DNA of 64,000 nucleotides from Mobula hypostoma (GCF_963921235.1 NC_086109.1:7938001-8002000), one strand, 5' to 3'; shown: positions 48,769 to 62,354, counted from the stretch's first letter. The notes: a model not told the origin generated them from the sequence alone. Program-made: numbers and translations.

Positions 48769-50639
48769 TCATTCTTTCCTCCGCTCCCTTCAGCAAAATC
48801 CCTTACAATTTGCAGAAACATCACTGCCTGGATCACACTGGCTAATTCCGGTGACTCCAAGCCAGAACTGCTGGCATTTAGCCACTGAAGCTATACTACG
48901 TCTGGGACTCCCATGCCACACCTGGTCAGCTGCAGAAGTTTTGCGTACTGACAAGATTTCGAAAGGCTGAACTGAAGTGAATCAGTTCTGACACAGAAGC
49001 TCGACACCCTACTAATTTCACTGATTATTCTACGGCTTAGGAGCTTTGAGAAAAGTAAGTAACTTCTCCTTTATTATTTCACTTTAGGTTAATGTGGTTT
49101 ATCATTTGTTTTATTATTAACATGACTTTAATATCTTTAAATGTTAAATCTCTTAAAATTAAAGCCACGCCAAGGTAGCGTAGGCGTTAGCGCGACTCTA
49201 TTGCTGTTCAGGGTGTCGGAGTTCGGATTCAATTCTGTAAAGAGCCTCTGTGTGTCCTCCCTGCGGAATGCCTGGGCTTTCCCCGGGTGCTTCCACATGG
49301 TTTAAAGACATACCGGGTGGGTCAGTTGGTCACTGTAAATTGTCCTGTGACTAGGTTAGGGTTAATCGGGGTTGTCAGGGGTTGCTGGGGTGTTGTGGCT
49401 CGAAGGGCTGGCAGGGCCTACTCTGCACTTCATCACTAAATAAATAAAAAGACGTTGTGTGTTTCGATGCTTTGATGCCCATGTGACAAATAAAGCTAAA
49501 GGCAACATGCTAATTTGTTTTTGTTCCAGATTCCAGCATCTGCAGTCTGTTGTGTGTAAGCATTAATCCTGTGTTATTCACCCCATCAGCTCCCAGCAGA
49601 TCACAGATTGCAGAGATGAGGAGGAATTTCTTAAACTGGAGGAATTTCTTAATCTGTGGAACTAATTTGCCACAGACGGCTGTGGAGGCCAAGTCATTGG
49701 GTATATTTAAGGCAGAGGTTGATAGGTTCTTGATTAGTCAGGGTGTCAAAGGTTACAGGAAGAAGGCAGGAGAATGGGGTTGAGAGGGATAATAAATCAG
49801 CCATAATCGAATGGTGGAGCAGACTCAATGGGCCGAATTGCTTAATTCTGCTCCCATGTCTTATGGTCTAATATTTTTAAATTATTTTTAATGTCCTTGT
49901 ATTGCTTAATATTCTAGTTCAAGTTTATTGTCATGGGCATTCGTACCCAAGGTATAAGTCAATTCGTCCATAAGATCACAAGACGTAGGAGCAGAATTAG
50001 GCCATTCAGCCCATCGAGTCTGCTCCACCATTCCACCATGGCTGATTCCGGATCTCATTCAACCCCATACACCTGCCTTCTCGCCACATCCTTTGATGCC
50101 CCGAGCGATCAGGAAACGATCAACTTCTGCCTTAAATATACGCACGACTTGGCCTCCACTGCAGTCTGTGGCAGAGCATCCACAGATTCACTACTCTCTG
50201 GCTAAAAAAAAATGCCTCCTTACCTCTGTTCTAAAGGGTCGCCCCTCAATTTTGAGGTTGTGCCCTCTCGTTCTGATTACCCTCACCGTAGGAACATCCT
50301 CTCCACATCCACGCTATCTAGTCCTTTCAACATTCGGTAGGTTTCAATGAGAACCCCCACCCCCCCACCCCAGCATTCTTCCAGTCAAGTTTATTGTCAT
50401 TTAACTATATTCATATATATAGCGTATATGACCATATAATGTATATCGAAATGATATAACATTTCTCTGAATCAGGGTGCAAAGCACAGTTTTAAACATA
50501 ACACACAATAACAATAACTTATGAAGGTAAGGATAAAATCACAGGTGAATCACACATAAATAACAAACTAAAATGTATTAATATTAAGTATTGTAAAGTA
50601 CAGAACAGATTTACCAGTGACACTTGGAATACGATACAG

Positions 50640-51170
50640 CAGGGAGTTCAGAAGCCTAATGGCCTGGGAGAAGAAACAGTTTCCATCCTGACCGTTCCTG
50701 TCTTTATGCATCGGAGTCTCCTGCCTGATGGTAGAAAGTCAAAGAGGATGCTGGATGGATGGGTGGGATCTTTAATAATATTAAGGGTCCTGCATACGTA
50801 ACACTCCTGGTAAGTGTCCCTGATGGATGGTAGGGAGACCCCTATAATCCTTTCAGCTGTTCTCACAGTCCTTTGTCGGGATTTGCGGTCTGATGCTCGG
50901 CTGCTCCCAGACCAGATGGAGATGCAACTTGTCAGGATGGTCTCAATGGTGCTCCTGGAAAACACAGTTAAGATGGGGGGTGGGAGCCTCACACCTCAAT
51001 CTCTTTAGGAAATGGAGACGCTGCAGTGCCTTCTTGTTCAGGGAGGTGATATTAAGGGACTAGGTGAGGTCATCCGTGATGTGAGCTCCCAGGAACGTGG
51101 TGCACTTAACTCTCCCCACGGAGGAGCCTTGTATTCGTAGAGGGGGATGGTTCATCTGCTCCTTCCTGAA
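50640..51170 (-). mobile_element. Rex1/Babar-type LINE 3' coding fragment
   Basis: LPPPILTVFSRSTIETILTSCISIWSG...KDPTHPSSILFDFLPSGRRLR. Confidence 0.85.
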
Positions 51171-51555
51171 GTTTCATAGCATGAAAATTTCATGCAATGA
51201 AAGCTAGCTTTTGCAGCATTAACCACATGACAAATTGAAATTCCATAAATTTAAACTAACATCAATTCTGCATTATTTTCACGACAGGATAAACAAAAAT
51301 AAACATGATGATATTAGTGCAAGTTGAGGGAAACGTAGGCCAAGGTACAATTGGGGTTTTTCGGGTAGATTCAGGGACGTAATGGCAGTGGCGAAGAAGC
51401 TGCTGTTGAACCTTGAAATGTGGGTCTTAAGGCTCCCCTACCTCCTGCCTGATGACAGCATCAAGACGAGACCGTCAAGGAGGAATGTCTCTGAATGGGA
51501 AGAGTTATTTAAAAGCCATTAGAAATCACACACTGCTTTTACGTTGAGCAAAACA

Positions 51556-51882
51556 TGGGGCAAAACACTAGCGTTGCAGTTAGTGTAACACTTTACAGCA
51601 CCAGTGATTGCGATTGCAATCAGGGTTCAATTCCCGCCACTGCCTGTAAGGAATTTATACGTTCTCCTCGTGACCGCTTGGGTTTCCCCCAGGTGCTCTG
51701 GTTTCCTCCCACATTCCAAAGGCGTACGGGTTACGGTTAGTAAGTTGCGACCATGCTATGTTGATGCCGGAAGCATGGCGACTCTTGTGGGCTGCCCCCA
51801 GCACATCCTTGGATTGTGCTGGTTGTTGGCGCAAATGACACATTCCACTGGAAGCTTTGATGCACGTGTGACAAATAAAATG
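51556..51882 (+). mobile_element. V-SINE
   Basis: B box GGTTCAATTCC plus V-domain; further copies at ~32465, 43225, 49165, 61355 (minus) and 62118. Confidence 0.8.
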
Positions 51883-52703
51883 AATCAATCCAGAGACATT
51901 TTTCCAGGGCAGAATTGACTAATATGAGGGGGTATAATTTTAAAGCAATTGGAGAAAAGTGTAGAGGGGGGATATCAGAGGTAAGTTTTTTACACAGAGT
52001 GGAGGGTGAGTGGAATGCACTGCCAGAGGCAGATCCTTTAGGGACATTGAACAGACTCTTAGATAGGCACATGGATGATAGAAAAATGGAAATCTATGTG
52101 GGAGGGAAGGGTTAGATTGACCAGAGTAGAGTAAAAGGCTGGCACAACATCATGGGCCGAAGGGCCTGTACTGTCACATTCTATGTTCCAGATTACAGGC
52201 CAGCTTTGTTGTTGACCTTCTCGATTAAGGGATTATTAATTGAAAACTACTGCTTTGAAATGGCTATTTGCGTTATCCAATCGGTTACTTGTCTAAATGG
52301 AGCAGAGGACATGAGAAGTGCTGTACTTTGCTGGGATTGCACTACACTGTGGGCCGATGGGCCTGTATTGAGCTACATTGTTCGATGTTCTATGTAATTA
52401 CAATATGACAGCTTCCTGGTTATTTGTATTGATTACTTTTTTTTTCCAGTTGCTTTTTGAAAATGAGTTCAGTTTGCTTTGGTGGACATGTGACCAGTGT
52501 AGACCTCTATATCACTGTTCTGGTCCAGTGCGTGTAAACATTTTTCCACCTCAATTGTTTTGCTTGTTTACCTACCCTCAAAAATAAATTAAGTTTCATT
52601 TAATATTTAATGACCAGGACTCCCATTTTTTTGCCTTGTTTTCCCAAGACATTAGCTTTGAAGTTGGCTGTACCACAAAACTGTGCTCCTGAAGCCATAA
52701 TCG

Positions 52704-52960
52704 AGCCGGCCGGTGGTGTAGTGATGTCAGCACTGGGCTTGGGAGGCGAGTGGCCCCGGGTTCAAATCCGGCCGGATCCTTGCGCACTTTCCATCCGTGC
52801 TGGGTTGAGTGTTAACCTAGCAACTCGGCCTCGTGAAAAACAGACAGAAACGCTGAAGAGATGACAAGGTTGCCACCGGCTGCGTCACAAGGCATGGAGA
52901 GGAATATCCATGAAGCCATGATTCCATCCAAGAGGACATAAACTTACAAGGAGGCTTGTG
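52704..52960 (+). mobile_element. tRNA-derived SINE (distinct family)
   Basis: Head GCCGGCCGGTGGTGTAGTG...GGTTCAAATCCGGCCGG with A/B boxes, followed by a non-tRNA body. Confidence 0.7.
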
Positions 52961-52977
52961 TGCCTCAGTGGCCCGGA

Positions 52978-53562
52978 GACAATAGACAATAGGTGCAGGA
53001 GTAGGCCATTCAGCCCTTCGAGCCAGCACCGCCATTCACTGTGATCATGGCTGATCATCCACAATCAGTATCCAATTCCTGCCTTATCCCCATAACCTTT
53101 GATTCCGCTATCTTTAAGAGCTCTATCCATCTATTTTTTGAAAGTATCCAGAGACTTGGCCTCCACAGCCTTCTGGGGCAGAGCATTCCATATATCCACC
53201 ACTCTCTGGGTGAAAAAGGTTTTCCCCAACTCCGTTCTAAATGGCCTACCCCTAATTCTTAAACTGTGGCCTCTGGTTCTGGACTCACCCATCAGAGGGA
53301 ACATGCTTCCTGCCTGCAGCGTGTCCAATCCCTTAATAATCTTACATGTTTCAATAAGATCCCCTCTCAGCCTTCTAAATTCCAGAATATACAAGCCCAG
53401 TATCTCCAATCTTTCGATATATGACAGTCCTGCCATCCCAGGAATTAACCTTGTGAACCTACGCTGCACTCCCTCAATAGCAAGAATGTCCTTCCTCAAA
53501 CTTGGAGACCAAAACTGCACACAATACTCCAGGTGTGGTCTCATCAGGGCCCTGTACAGCTA
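52978..53562 (-). mobile_element. Well-preserved CR1 LINE 3' end
   Basis: RPHLEYCVQFWSPSLRKD...SRTRGHSLRIRG...WNALP; (TATTGTC)n tail. Confidence 0.93.
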
Positions 53563-54171
53563 TGTTGGCTGGAGTCAGGGCCTTGTGCTTTGGCTTTTGG
53601 TACCATCACTCATGCCTAACAGGTCACAGGGTAAAGGTCAGACTAAGAGTTCAGTGGTTCAGCTCAGGGCTAACAACCCTGACTGGCCAAGAAATATAAT
53701 TGTTACTGAAACAGCAATGAAGAATCCTTCTATACAGACAGAGATGGAGGACCTGCATTGTTGCCCCAAACGCCAGTGGTGTAACAGGCCGTGAGTAAAG
53801 CTATAATCCAGATCAATAACATAGATAGCGGGAACAATTTCCATGTTTCCAGAGGAGTGACATTGTTCCCATCAGATCAGTCCTTGCAATAATGCTTCAT
53901 TTTGAACTTCCCATCTCACTGCTCCCTAAACTACCAATCACTTTAGATTTATCAATATTATTAATAATGCATTTTATCAAACAACTAAAGGAGCTCTTGA
54001 TCATTCCATTATGGTACAAGAATATTTGGACAATGGTTTTTTTTATGGTGTTAATAAGTAACGCACTGAGTTATTTATTATTCTAAAAATTGCTCTCATG
54101 TAACTATTTAAGTTACGCAATTAATCCCTTTGATTCACTTTCAAAATCCTCCACTTTTTTGTTTCTGTTTT

Positions 54172-54398
54172 TGTTGTGTATTTAAAATTTCATATATATA
54201 TATATTGATGAAGTATTCTTATTTGTTTAAATTATTCATTATGGGTTATATGTAAAATACAAGAATCGCATATGTCAAGACGCTGCCATGTGATACAAGC
54301 GGGCCTCGCTTAAAGTAAACATAAAGTTACATCCACATTTCAGACTCCCTTGTCTTCGTTTGAAATAGTTTAATGCTTTGAAGTCACAAAACATAGCA
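54172..54398 (+). mobile_element. Solo LTR (227 bp)
   Basis: TGTTGTG...CATAGCA with 5-bp TSD GTTTT (54167-54171, 54399-54403); related split copy at 11617-11685 and 12875-13025. Confidence 0.7.
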
Positions 54399-54733
54399 GT
54401 TTTGTCTTTAACAGTGTTTGAATAATTGTGAAGGGCCCTGTGGTCTATCACCCGTGATATTTGTGGGTTCTATTTCACTGGCAAAGGACTTTTGTCTATT
54501 TTTGTTGAGTTTTATCGGCCCTTTTTGTGCTAAATACACTTGATAAATTGGTGAATTGGTTTATTATTGCCATGTGTACTGAGGTACAGTGAAAAACTTT
54601 GTTTGCACCCATCCTTACGAATCATTTCACCACTACAGTGCACTGAGGTAGTACAAGGGGAAACAATAACAGAATGCAGAATTAAGTATTACAAAGAACA
54701 TAGAACATTACAGCACAGTACAAGTCTTTCAAT

Positions 54734-54924
54734 ATGCAAACACGAGGAAATCTGCAGATGCTGGAAATTCAAGCAACACACACACAAGATGCTGGCGGAA
54801 CGCAGCAAGCCAGACAGCATCCATAGGAAGAAGGACAGCTGACGTCTCGGGCCGAAATGTCGACCATGCTTCTTCCTATGGATGCTGTCTGATCTGCTGC
54901 ATTCCACCAGCGTTTTGTGTGTGT
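54734..54924. mobile_element. Palindromic pLTR mini-element
   Basis: TSD TACAAG(T/C)CTTTCAAT at 54719-54733 and 54925-54939; inverted arms meet inside the hammerhead. Confidence 0.8.
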
Positions 54925-55433
54925 TACAAGCCTTTCAATGTTGTGCCAACATTTTAACCTACTGCAAGTCCAATCAAACCCTTCTCTCCTACATAGCCCT
55001 CCATCTTTCTATCATCCACGTGCTTGTCTAAAGAATCTCTTAAATGTCCCATTGCCACCCATACAAGTCATTTCATCACATCTGTACTTTGAGGTAGTAA
55101 AAGGGACAACAATAAAAGAATTGTTGGAGTCGGGTGGTATTAGAATGGTCTGGCATAGGCTCAACAGGCTTGGACAAGCGCAGACACAGGCTCTAAGTAA
55201 GTTTCCAGTAAGTTTATTTGGATACTACTGGGGGTTGATGATCTACCAGAAAGAAGCTGGAGCAAGCACGTCTCCAGCACTGAGTCTGGCTTTATGACTC
55301 AGAAGGGAAGGGGGGAGAAGAGCTGAGCTATAGTGATAGCGAATTCGTTAGTTTGGGGAACAGATTGTTACCTCCTGTATGCTAGGGTCAGGGACATCTT
55401 CAATCAAGTCCACAGCATTCTTAAGTGGGAGGG

Positions 55434-55668
55434 TGTGGTAAACCATATATATATATGTTGTAACTGGGTTACCTGTCTGGACACGCCCCTCTGCTGACTG
55501 CTCCTGTGGCTCCTCCCACAGCCCCCTGAATAAAGGCGATTGCGCCATTGCTCCTCCTCTCAGTCCAGGACAGACACTCAGCATGATGGAGGTCACATTT
55601 TACTACTAATAAAAACATTTCAGTATTTACTCTACTTCCAGTCTTTTGGAGTTATTGATGGTGCATCA
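55434..55668 (+). mobile_element. Solo LTR (235 bp) inside CR1 ORF1
   Basis: TG...CA termini, 5-bp TSD GAGGG (55429-55433, 55669-55673), two AATAAA. Confidence 0.85.
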
Positions 55669-56844
55669 GAGGGTGAATAGCACGAGGTCATGGTCCACGT
55701 TGGTACCAAAGGCATGGTAGGATGGGTGACGAGGTCCTGCAAAGTGAGCTCAGGGAGCTGGGTGTTAAGTTAAAGGACAGAATCTGCAGGGTTGTGATCT
55801 CAGGTTTGCTACCCGTGCCATATGCTAGTGAGGCCAGAAATAAGATCATCCACTTTGACAGGTGGCTAAGAAGATGGTGTAGGCAGGAGGGCTTCAGATT
55901 TTTGAATCATTGGGCTCTCTTCCAGGGAAGGTGAGACCTGTACAGAAGAGATGGTTTGCATCTAAACTGGAGGGGGACTAAAGTCCTAGTGGGGAGGTTT
56001 GCTAGTATTGCACGGGGATTTTAAATTAGAGTTGTAGGAGGATAGGAACAAGTGTGCCAGAACAGATAGTGGAGTGGTTGAGGAGAACGGTGTTGATAAG
56101 CCTACATACAAGCTCAGGAATCTAAATGCTGAGCGTGGTGGGACTAATGCTACATATATTTCAATGCAAGGAGTATTGAAGGAAAGATGGATGAGCTTAG
56201 GGCATGGATCTATGATGTTGTAGGTGGAATTATAATGTTGTAGCCATTCGTGAATTAGTTACTGGAGGGGCAGAACTGGCTGAGATTCTGATATTCCATT
56301 GTTTTAGACATGACAAGGCGGGAGGGATTAAAGGGGGAGAGGTGGCGTTAATAGTCAGAGAAAATGTCACAGCAGTGCTCAGTCAGGACAGACTGGAGAG
56401 CTCGTCTAGTGAGGCTTTATGGGTAGAACTGAGGAATGAGAAAGGTATATAGAACACCCAACAGACTACAGGGTTTAGAGGAACAAATTTGCAGAGAGAT
56501 CGCAGACTGTACAAGAAACATACCGTTGTGATAGTAGGTGATTTTACCTTTCCGTATTTTCACTGGGGGTCCTATGCTGTGAAAGGGTTGGATAGGAAAG
56601 TGCTTGTCAAATGTGTGCAGGGGGATGCCCTTAATCAGCACACAGAAGTCCCAACTAGAGAGAGCGCAATTGTAGACTTCCTGCTGGGGAATGAGACTGG
56701 GCAGGTGACAGAAGTTTGTGTAGGGGAACACTATACAGCTAGTGATCAGAATGCCATTAGTTTCAAGGCAATTATGGAAAAGGATAGGTCTGCTTCTCGG
56801 GTTGGGCCTCTGTTTACGATACTCTGCTTTCACGGAGACCCTAT

Positions 56845-57300
56845 GCAATACGACCATCACTTCTCCGTGGATTGTCACCTTGTCGCGGTGGAGAGGCTTG
56901 TGTGGTCCTGTGATCCCGAGAGCAATGCTGTCTGGAGCTATGCTCCTGGTAGGGTCACCCATGGTGATAAGGTCGAGGGCGAGGTCCCTGACAAAGAACA
57001 ATCCAACCAAGACCTCAACGGTGGAACAGGCGGACGAAGTTACTTCGAACTCAACGGCTGTGAAGGCGGATGAAGGCTACAACAAATCCATCAGCTCCAA
57101 TCGTCGTGGTTTCCATGACATTGGAATCAGTTGGCTGATTTGTGAAATATCGTGTGCTTCTTGGAGTGCAACATCAAGTACACGTTAAACAAATACGCGC
57201 ACAGGCGTCTTCGCTCTGTGGGAATCCACTTGAGAGCCCATAAGTAGATCAACAGAATGAAGACTATCATCCTCGACCTCGAGGGATAGCCACAACGACA
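56845..57300 (+). mobile_element. Element resembling an RTE (Rex3/Expander-like) 5'UTR, nested in CR1
   Basis: GTCACCTTGTCGCGGTGGAGAGGCTTGTGTG...CCTGGTAGGGTCACCCATGG matches recalled RTE leader motifs; CR1 resumes at ~57573. Confidence 0.6.
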
Positions 57301-59436
57301 ACTACCATCACTTCTTATCTGGAAGGTGTGAATGTTCTCCCATTACAGTATAATATTACGGTCATTCTTGCACTACCATCTCATCAGTGTGAACTTGGAA
57401 ATCTTGTAAATCTTGTAATCTTTGACTTGTAAATCTTGTACTTCTTATTTTTAAGGTAACTTACTTTTTATTCTTTCTTACTTCTCTTCTAATATTTGTA
57501 ATTCTGTGCACTTGTAATGCTACTGTGACACTGCAATTTCCTTTGGGATCAATAAAGTATCTATCTATCTACCTAAATTGGAGAAAGGCCAATTTTGATG
57601 GAATCTGCAAGAATCTGGTAAGTGTTGATTGGGAACAGGCTGTTTTCTGACAAGGCATACTTGGTAAGTGGGAGGCCTTGAAAACTGAAATCTTGAGAGT
57701 ACGGAGTTTGTATGTTCCTGTCAAAAAAAGAGATAAGGATAGCAGGCTTGCAGAACCTTGTTTTTCGAGAGATATTGGGGCCCTGGTTAAGAAAAGGGAG
57801 GTGCATAGCAGGTATGGGCAGGCAGGAACAAATGAGGTACTTGAGGAGTATCAGAAATGAAAGAAAACATTTAAGAAGGAAATCAGGAGGACTAGAAGGA
57901 GACATGAGGTTGCTTTAGCAGAGAAGGTGAAGGAGAATCCTAAGAGATCCTCTAGATATGGTAAGAGCAAAAGGGTAGCAAGGGACAAATTTGGTCCTCT
58001 GGAAGATCAGGGTACTAATTTATGCTTGGAGCCAAAAGACATGGAGGGTTATCTTAAACGGATTTTTTAAAATCTTTATTTACTTGGGAGATGGACACAG
58101 AGTCTATAGAAGTGAGGCAAAACAGCAGCGAGTTCATGGACCCTATACAGATTACAGAGGAGGAGGTGCTTGCTGTCTTCAGGCAAATTAGAGTGGATAA
58201 ACCTCCAGGGCCTGACGGGGGGTTCCTCGTCCCTGTGGGAGGCAAGTGAAGTACTTGCAGGGGCCATAGCGTAGATATTTAAACCTCTTTAGCCATGGGT
58301 GAGGTGCTGGAGGATTGGAAGACAGCTAAAGTTATTCCATTGTTTAAGAAGTGCTCTGGGAAATTATAGCCCGGTGAGCCTGATATCAGTTGTGGGTAAA
58401 TTATTGGAAATTATTCTCAGAGACTGGATATATAAATATTTGCGCTGGGACTGATTAGGGATAGCCAGCATGGCTTTGTGGGTGGTAGGTCATGTTTAAC
58501 CGATCTTATAGAGTTTTTTGATGAAGTAACCAGGAAAGTGGATGAAGGCAAGGCAGTGGATTTTGTCTGCATGGACAAGGTCCTGCATGGGAGGTTGGTC
58601 AAGACAGTTCAGTCGCTCGGCATTCAAGATGAGGCGGTAAACTGGATTAGACATCGACTTCGCAGAAAAAATGAAAGGGTGGTAGTGGATGGTTGCCTTT
58701 CTGACTAGAGTCCTGTGAATAGTAAATGTGCTGCAGCAATCAATTCTGGGTCCATTGCTGTTTGTCATCTAGATCAATGATCTGGATGATATGGTAAACG
58801 GGATCGGCAAATTTGCGAATAATACCAAAATTGGGGGTGCGGTGGACAGCAAGAAAGACTATAAAAGCTTGCAGTGGGATCTAGACCAACTGGAAAAATT
58901 AACTTAAAAATGACCGATGGAACTTAATGCAAACAAGTGCAAGGTGTTGTACTGTGGTAGGACCAACCAGTGTAGGTCTTATACGGTGAACGGTTGGGCT
59001 GCAGAAGGATTATGTTATTTTTTACAGTCACTCTAAGTTGATCTGCTATTCGTTATGCATTTACATGCATGACGGGATATTGCACGATTAACTGTTGATG
59101 AAGTATGTCCTCGTATCCCATGTCAGTCTCAAGTTCTGTTACTCAATAATATACACACGTTATGAATGTGTTTACTTCTAATGACCATTCCTTGCGTGTC
59201 TTTCTTCTCTTAACTGCTTGAGTGGTTTCAATTGTAAGTGGACCGCTCTCCTGAGAAACACTTGCAGCAGTCGCAGTCTGTGGTGTTGGTGGGCTACTTT
59301 GCATGCTGGCTGTACCTTTTCCGCATTTCCCGGTGCCTGCCCGCCTATTCAGCAGGACACCACTTTGTTATTAGTATTCTTATTTTTTCCCAGCACAAGC
59401 TGGTGAAACCTGAGGTACAGGCATAGCCGAGCGCGC

Positions 59437-59560
59437 TCATTTCTCAGTTTCTAAGAACTTTCGGACTATTCCAGTGGTGTTTAGTAGCGTAGCTTTATGG
59501 AGATTTATAGAAATATTGTTGTGTTGGCCTAATTGTTTAATGCTATTGTGTAGAGACTTT
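59437..59560 (-). mobile_element. R4/Dong-like non-LTR element C-terminal fragment
   Basis: KSLHNSIKQLG...LHKATLLNTTGIVRKFL resembles QKAVLLGTAKILRKVL termini. Confidence 0.5.
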
Positions 59561-60812
59561 CTTCTTATTATTATTATTTTGTTTTTCTCTCTCTCTTTGC
59601 ATTTCTTTGGCACGTTGGCCATTTGCTTGACTTTGTCATGTATGGTTTTTCATTGATTCTATTGTGTTTCTTTGAATCTACAATGAATGCCTGCAAAAAA
59701 TGAATCTCAGTGTGGTACATTGTGACATATCTACACTTGACAATAAATTTACTTTGAACTTTGAAATCTTTTTTTAGTCTTTATATTCATGCAATTGTGT
59801 ATTTTTTCAAATCCATTCAGTGTTTATCAGTTTATTTGTTTTTTTCTTCTTTATACCTTTTATCCTCCACTTTATTTTTTTCAGCTATTTCTAAGCATGG
59901 CAGGGTAATAATTTTAATCTGAAAGGTTTAAGTAGTTCTGCAATGTTTACTCTAAGTGTTTTCTCAAAATATTTGTCAAGTATCTTATCTGTCAGCTTCT
60001 TTCCAATCTATCAGGCCTCGGCTTGTATCCAGCTCATTGGGATTTCATTTCTGTTCTGATAATATCCTCAGTTGTTAAGATTGCTACTCCCTCAGTGCTT
60101 GCTTCCATTGGAAATAAAGTTCAAAGTTCATTTATTGTCAGAGTAAGTTTACCATATACAAACTTGAGATTCATTTTCTTGCAGGCACCCACAGGAAAAT
60201 AAAGAAATGCAATAGAATTCACGAGGAATCATACTCAACAAAGACTGACAAATATCCAATGTGAAAACAATGTGAATAATTTTTAAAAAGTAAGCAAATA
60301 ATATTGAGAATATGAGCTGCAGAGTGCCTGAAAGTGAGTCAATAGTCCATGCAGTCAGTTTAACACTGAGGTTCACAACCCAATTCTGGTACAGTAAAAC
60401 AGACAGGCTGCTGAAAGAACTCGGCTGTGGGAGGAGGAAAAGGGGGGTGAGGGAGCTGGAGGAGTTTCAGGATGAAACCCTGCATCAGGACTGAGAGTGT
60501 AGAGGGGAAAATGCTCAGTATAAAGGGAGAAGGGGGAGTAGTGTGACAGAGGTCAGAGGGGAACTGGTGAACTAAGGGGTAGTCAAAACTGCCCGATGTA
60601 TCAAGGACACCAGCCTACCTGTCATCAAGGAGATATATACAGAAAAGTGCCAGAAAGGGGCCAGCAGTATCCATGAAGGATCCCACCCACCCTGCTCACG
60701 GACAGTTTGTCCCACTCCCCTCAGGGAGGAGGCTACGTAGCATCCACACCAGGATAACCAGACTCAAAAACGGATATTTTCCACAAGCAGTAAAGCTGAT
60801 AAACACCTCCAC

Positions 60813-60905
60813 CCAACACACATCAAAGTTGCTGGTGAATGCAGCAGGCCAGGCAGGATCTCTAGGAAGAGGTACAGTTGACGTTTCGGGCCGAGACCCT
60901 TCGTC
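60813..60905 (-). mobile_element. Penelope pLTR mini-insertion in a Rex1/Babar 3' end
   Basis: TSD ACACCTCCAC at 60803-60812 and 60906-60915; starts at UGACGA of the hammerhead core. Confidence 0.75.
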
Positions 60906-62354
60906 ACACCTCCACACCCCAATCATCATTTCCTGTCAGTCATCTTATATACAGACACCCCTGTGCCTAGTGTCACTTTATGGACATGCAGTCAATCTAT
61001 GTAGATAAGCTATATGAAGTATCAATATTTATTGCGTTCTTTATCTTATTGTGCGTGTTCTTTTCTTATGCTGCATCGGATGGGGAATAACAATTATTTT
61101 GTTGTCCTTTACACTTGTGTACCGGGACCAGCTTGAAGGAATTTTGAATTATAAAGGACAGGTGAAGAGTTGAAGATCAAGCTGGGTAGTGGAGGAGACA
61201 GAGGCTGATCTATGATGGTTGGAGGTTGGAAGCAGGTTAAAAAAAGGTTAGGTGGATCTCCTAGGAGGAGAGGAGGTGGAGGTAGAGACAACTTGGAGGT
61301 GATAAGCAGGAACAGAAAGGCTGACGGTGCTGGATTCTAGTAAAATATTTTTTTAAAAGCTTTATTTGTCACATGTACACTGAAACATACAGTGAAATGC
61401 GTCATTTTTGTCAAATCAAATCAGCGAGGATTATGCTGGGCGGCCTGCAAATGATGCCACAATTCCAGCACCAACTTAGCATGCCCACAGCTTACTAACT
61501 CTAACCCTTAAGTCCTTCGGACTGAGGGAGGAAATCGGAGCACTCCGAGCAGTCATGGAGAGAAGGCACAAACTCTTTGCAGATTGGAATCCAATCCTGA
61601 TCCTAGAGTTAGTGCTATAAAGCATTGCACCAAAGGCTACACTACTGCGTCACACCTAAGTAAGAAGGGTGATACTGGGGGCCACCAGGAGGGAGATGGA
61701 AGGCCAACAGAACCAGAACTACACGGGGAAGGGGGTAGAAGTAAATTCCATTCACTCCACATTGGATATTCTAGCCCTGGTCTATAGCATATGAGACAAG
61801 AGAGGTTCAGCTTCTTGGGCTAGATGACCATACATTGAACTCTCCTCTTTCTTCATTGATATAGAAGGAAGAAAATAAATTGGAAATATATCTTACAAAC
61901 ATCCCAATGAAACTTCATCTGGCAATGACATTGCTCCTGAATCACTTCTCTTCTTAGGCAGATCCTATCGATCAAGGAAGAATTCCTTCCACTGCAGTTC
62001 TGTGGGTTCCAAGGCCAACCTGGGATCCACAGGTGTTTGATGGGATGGGTGGAAGATGGTGGGCTCCACCATTCTCTTAGGGTTTTTGAAATCAGCAGGA
62101 CCATCTCAGATCCCAAGGGCAGCACGGTAGCACAGCAGTTAGTGTAACGCTATTCATCACCAGCAACCCGAGTTCAATTCCTGCCGCTGTCTGTAAAGGG
62201 TTTGTCTGTTCTCCCTGTGACTGTGTGGGTTTTCTCCAGGCGCTCTGATTTCTTCCCACATTCGGAAGACTTACGGGTTGGTACGTTAACAGGTCACATG
62301 GGTGTAACTGGGCTGGAGGGGACCGTTACCGTGCTGTATCTCTAAATAAATTAA

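Larger units (their letters stand above)
55200..58995 (+). mobile_element. Long decayed CR1 LINE (ORF1 esterase, APE, RT) with nested insertions
   Basis: VMVHVGT and RVVISGLLPVP (SGNH); VVIVGDF..PTRESAIVDFLLGNE (APE); QHGFVGGRSCLTDLIEFF..AVDFVCMD and INDLD (RT); many stops. Confidence 0.92.

Noticed and set aside
52704..52780. Possible tRNA gene
   Set aside because: Imperfect cloverleaf that runs into a SINE body.
61679..61694. Second CTCF-like motif GGCCACCAGGAGGGAG
   Set aside because: Lacks the conserved 3' GGC and lies among repeat remnants.
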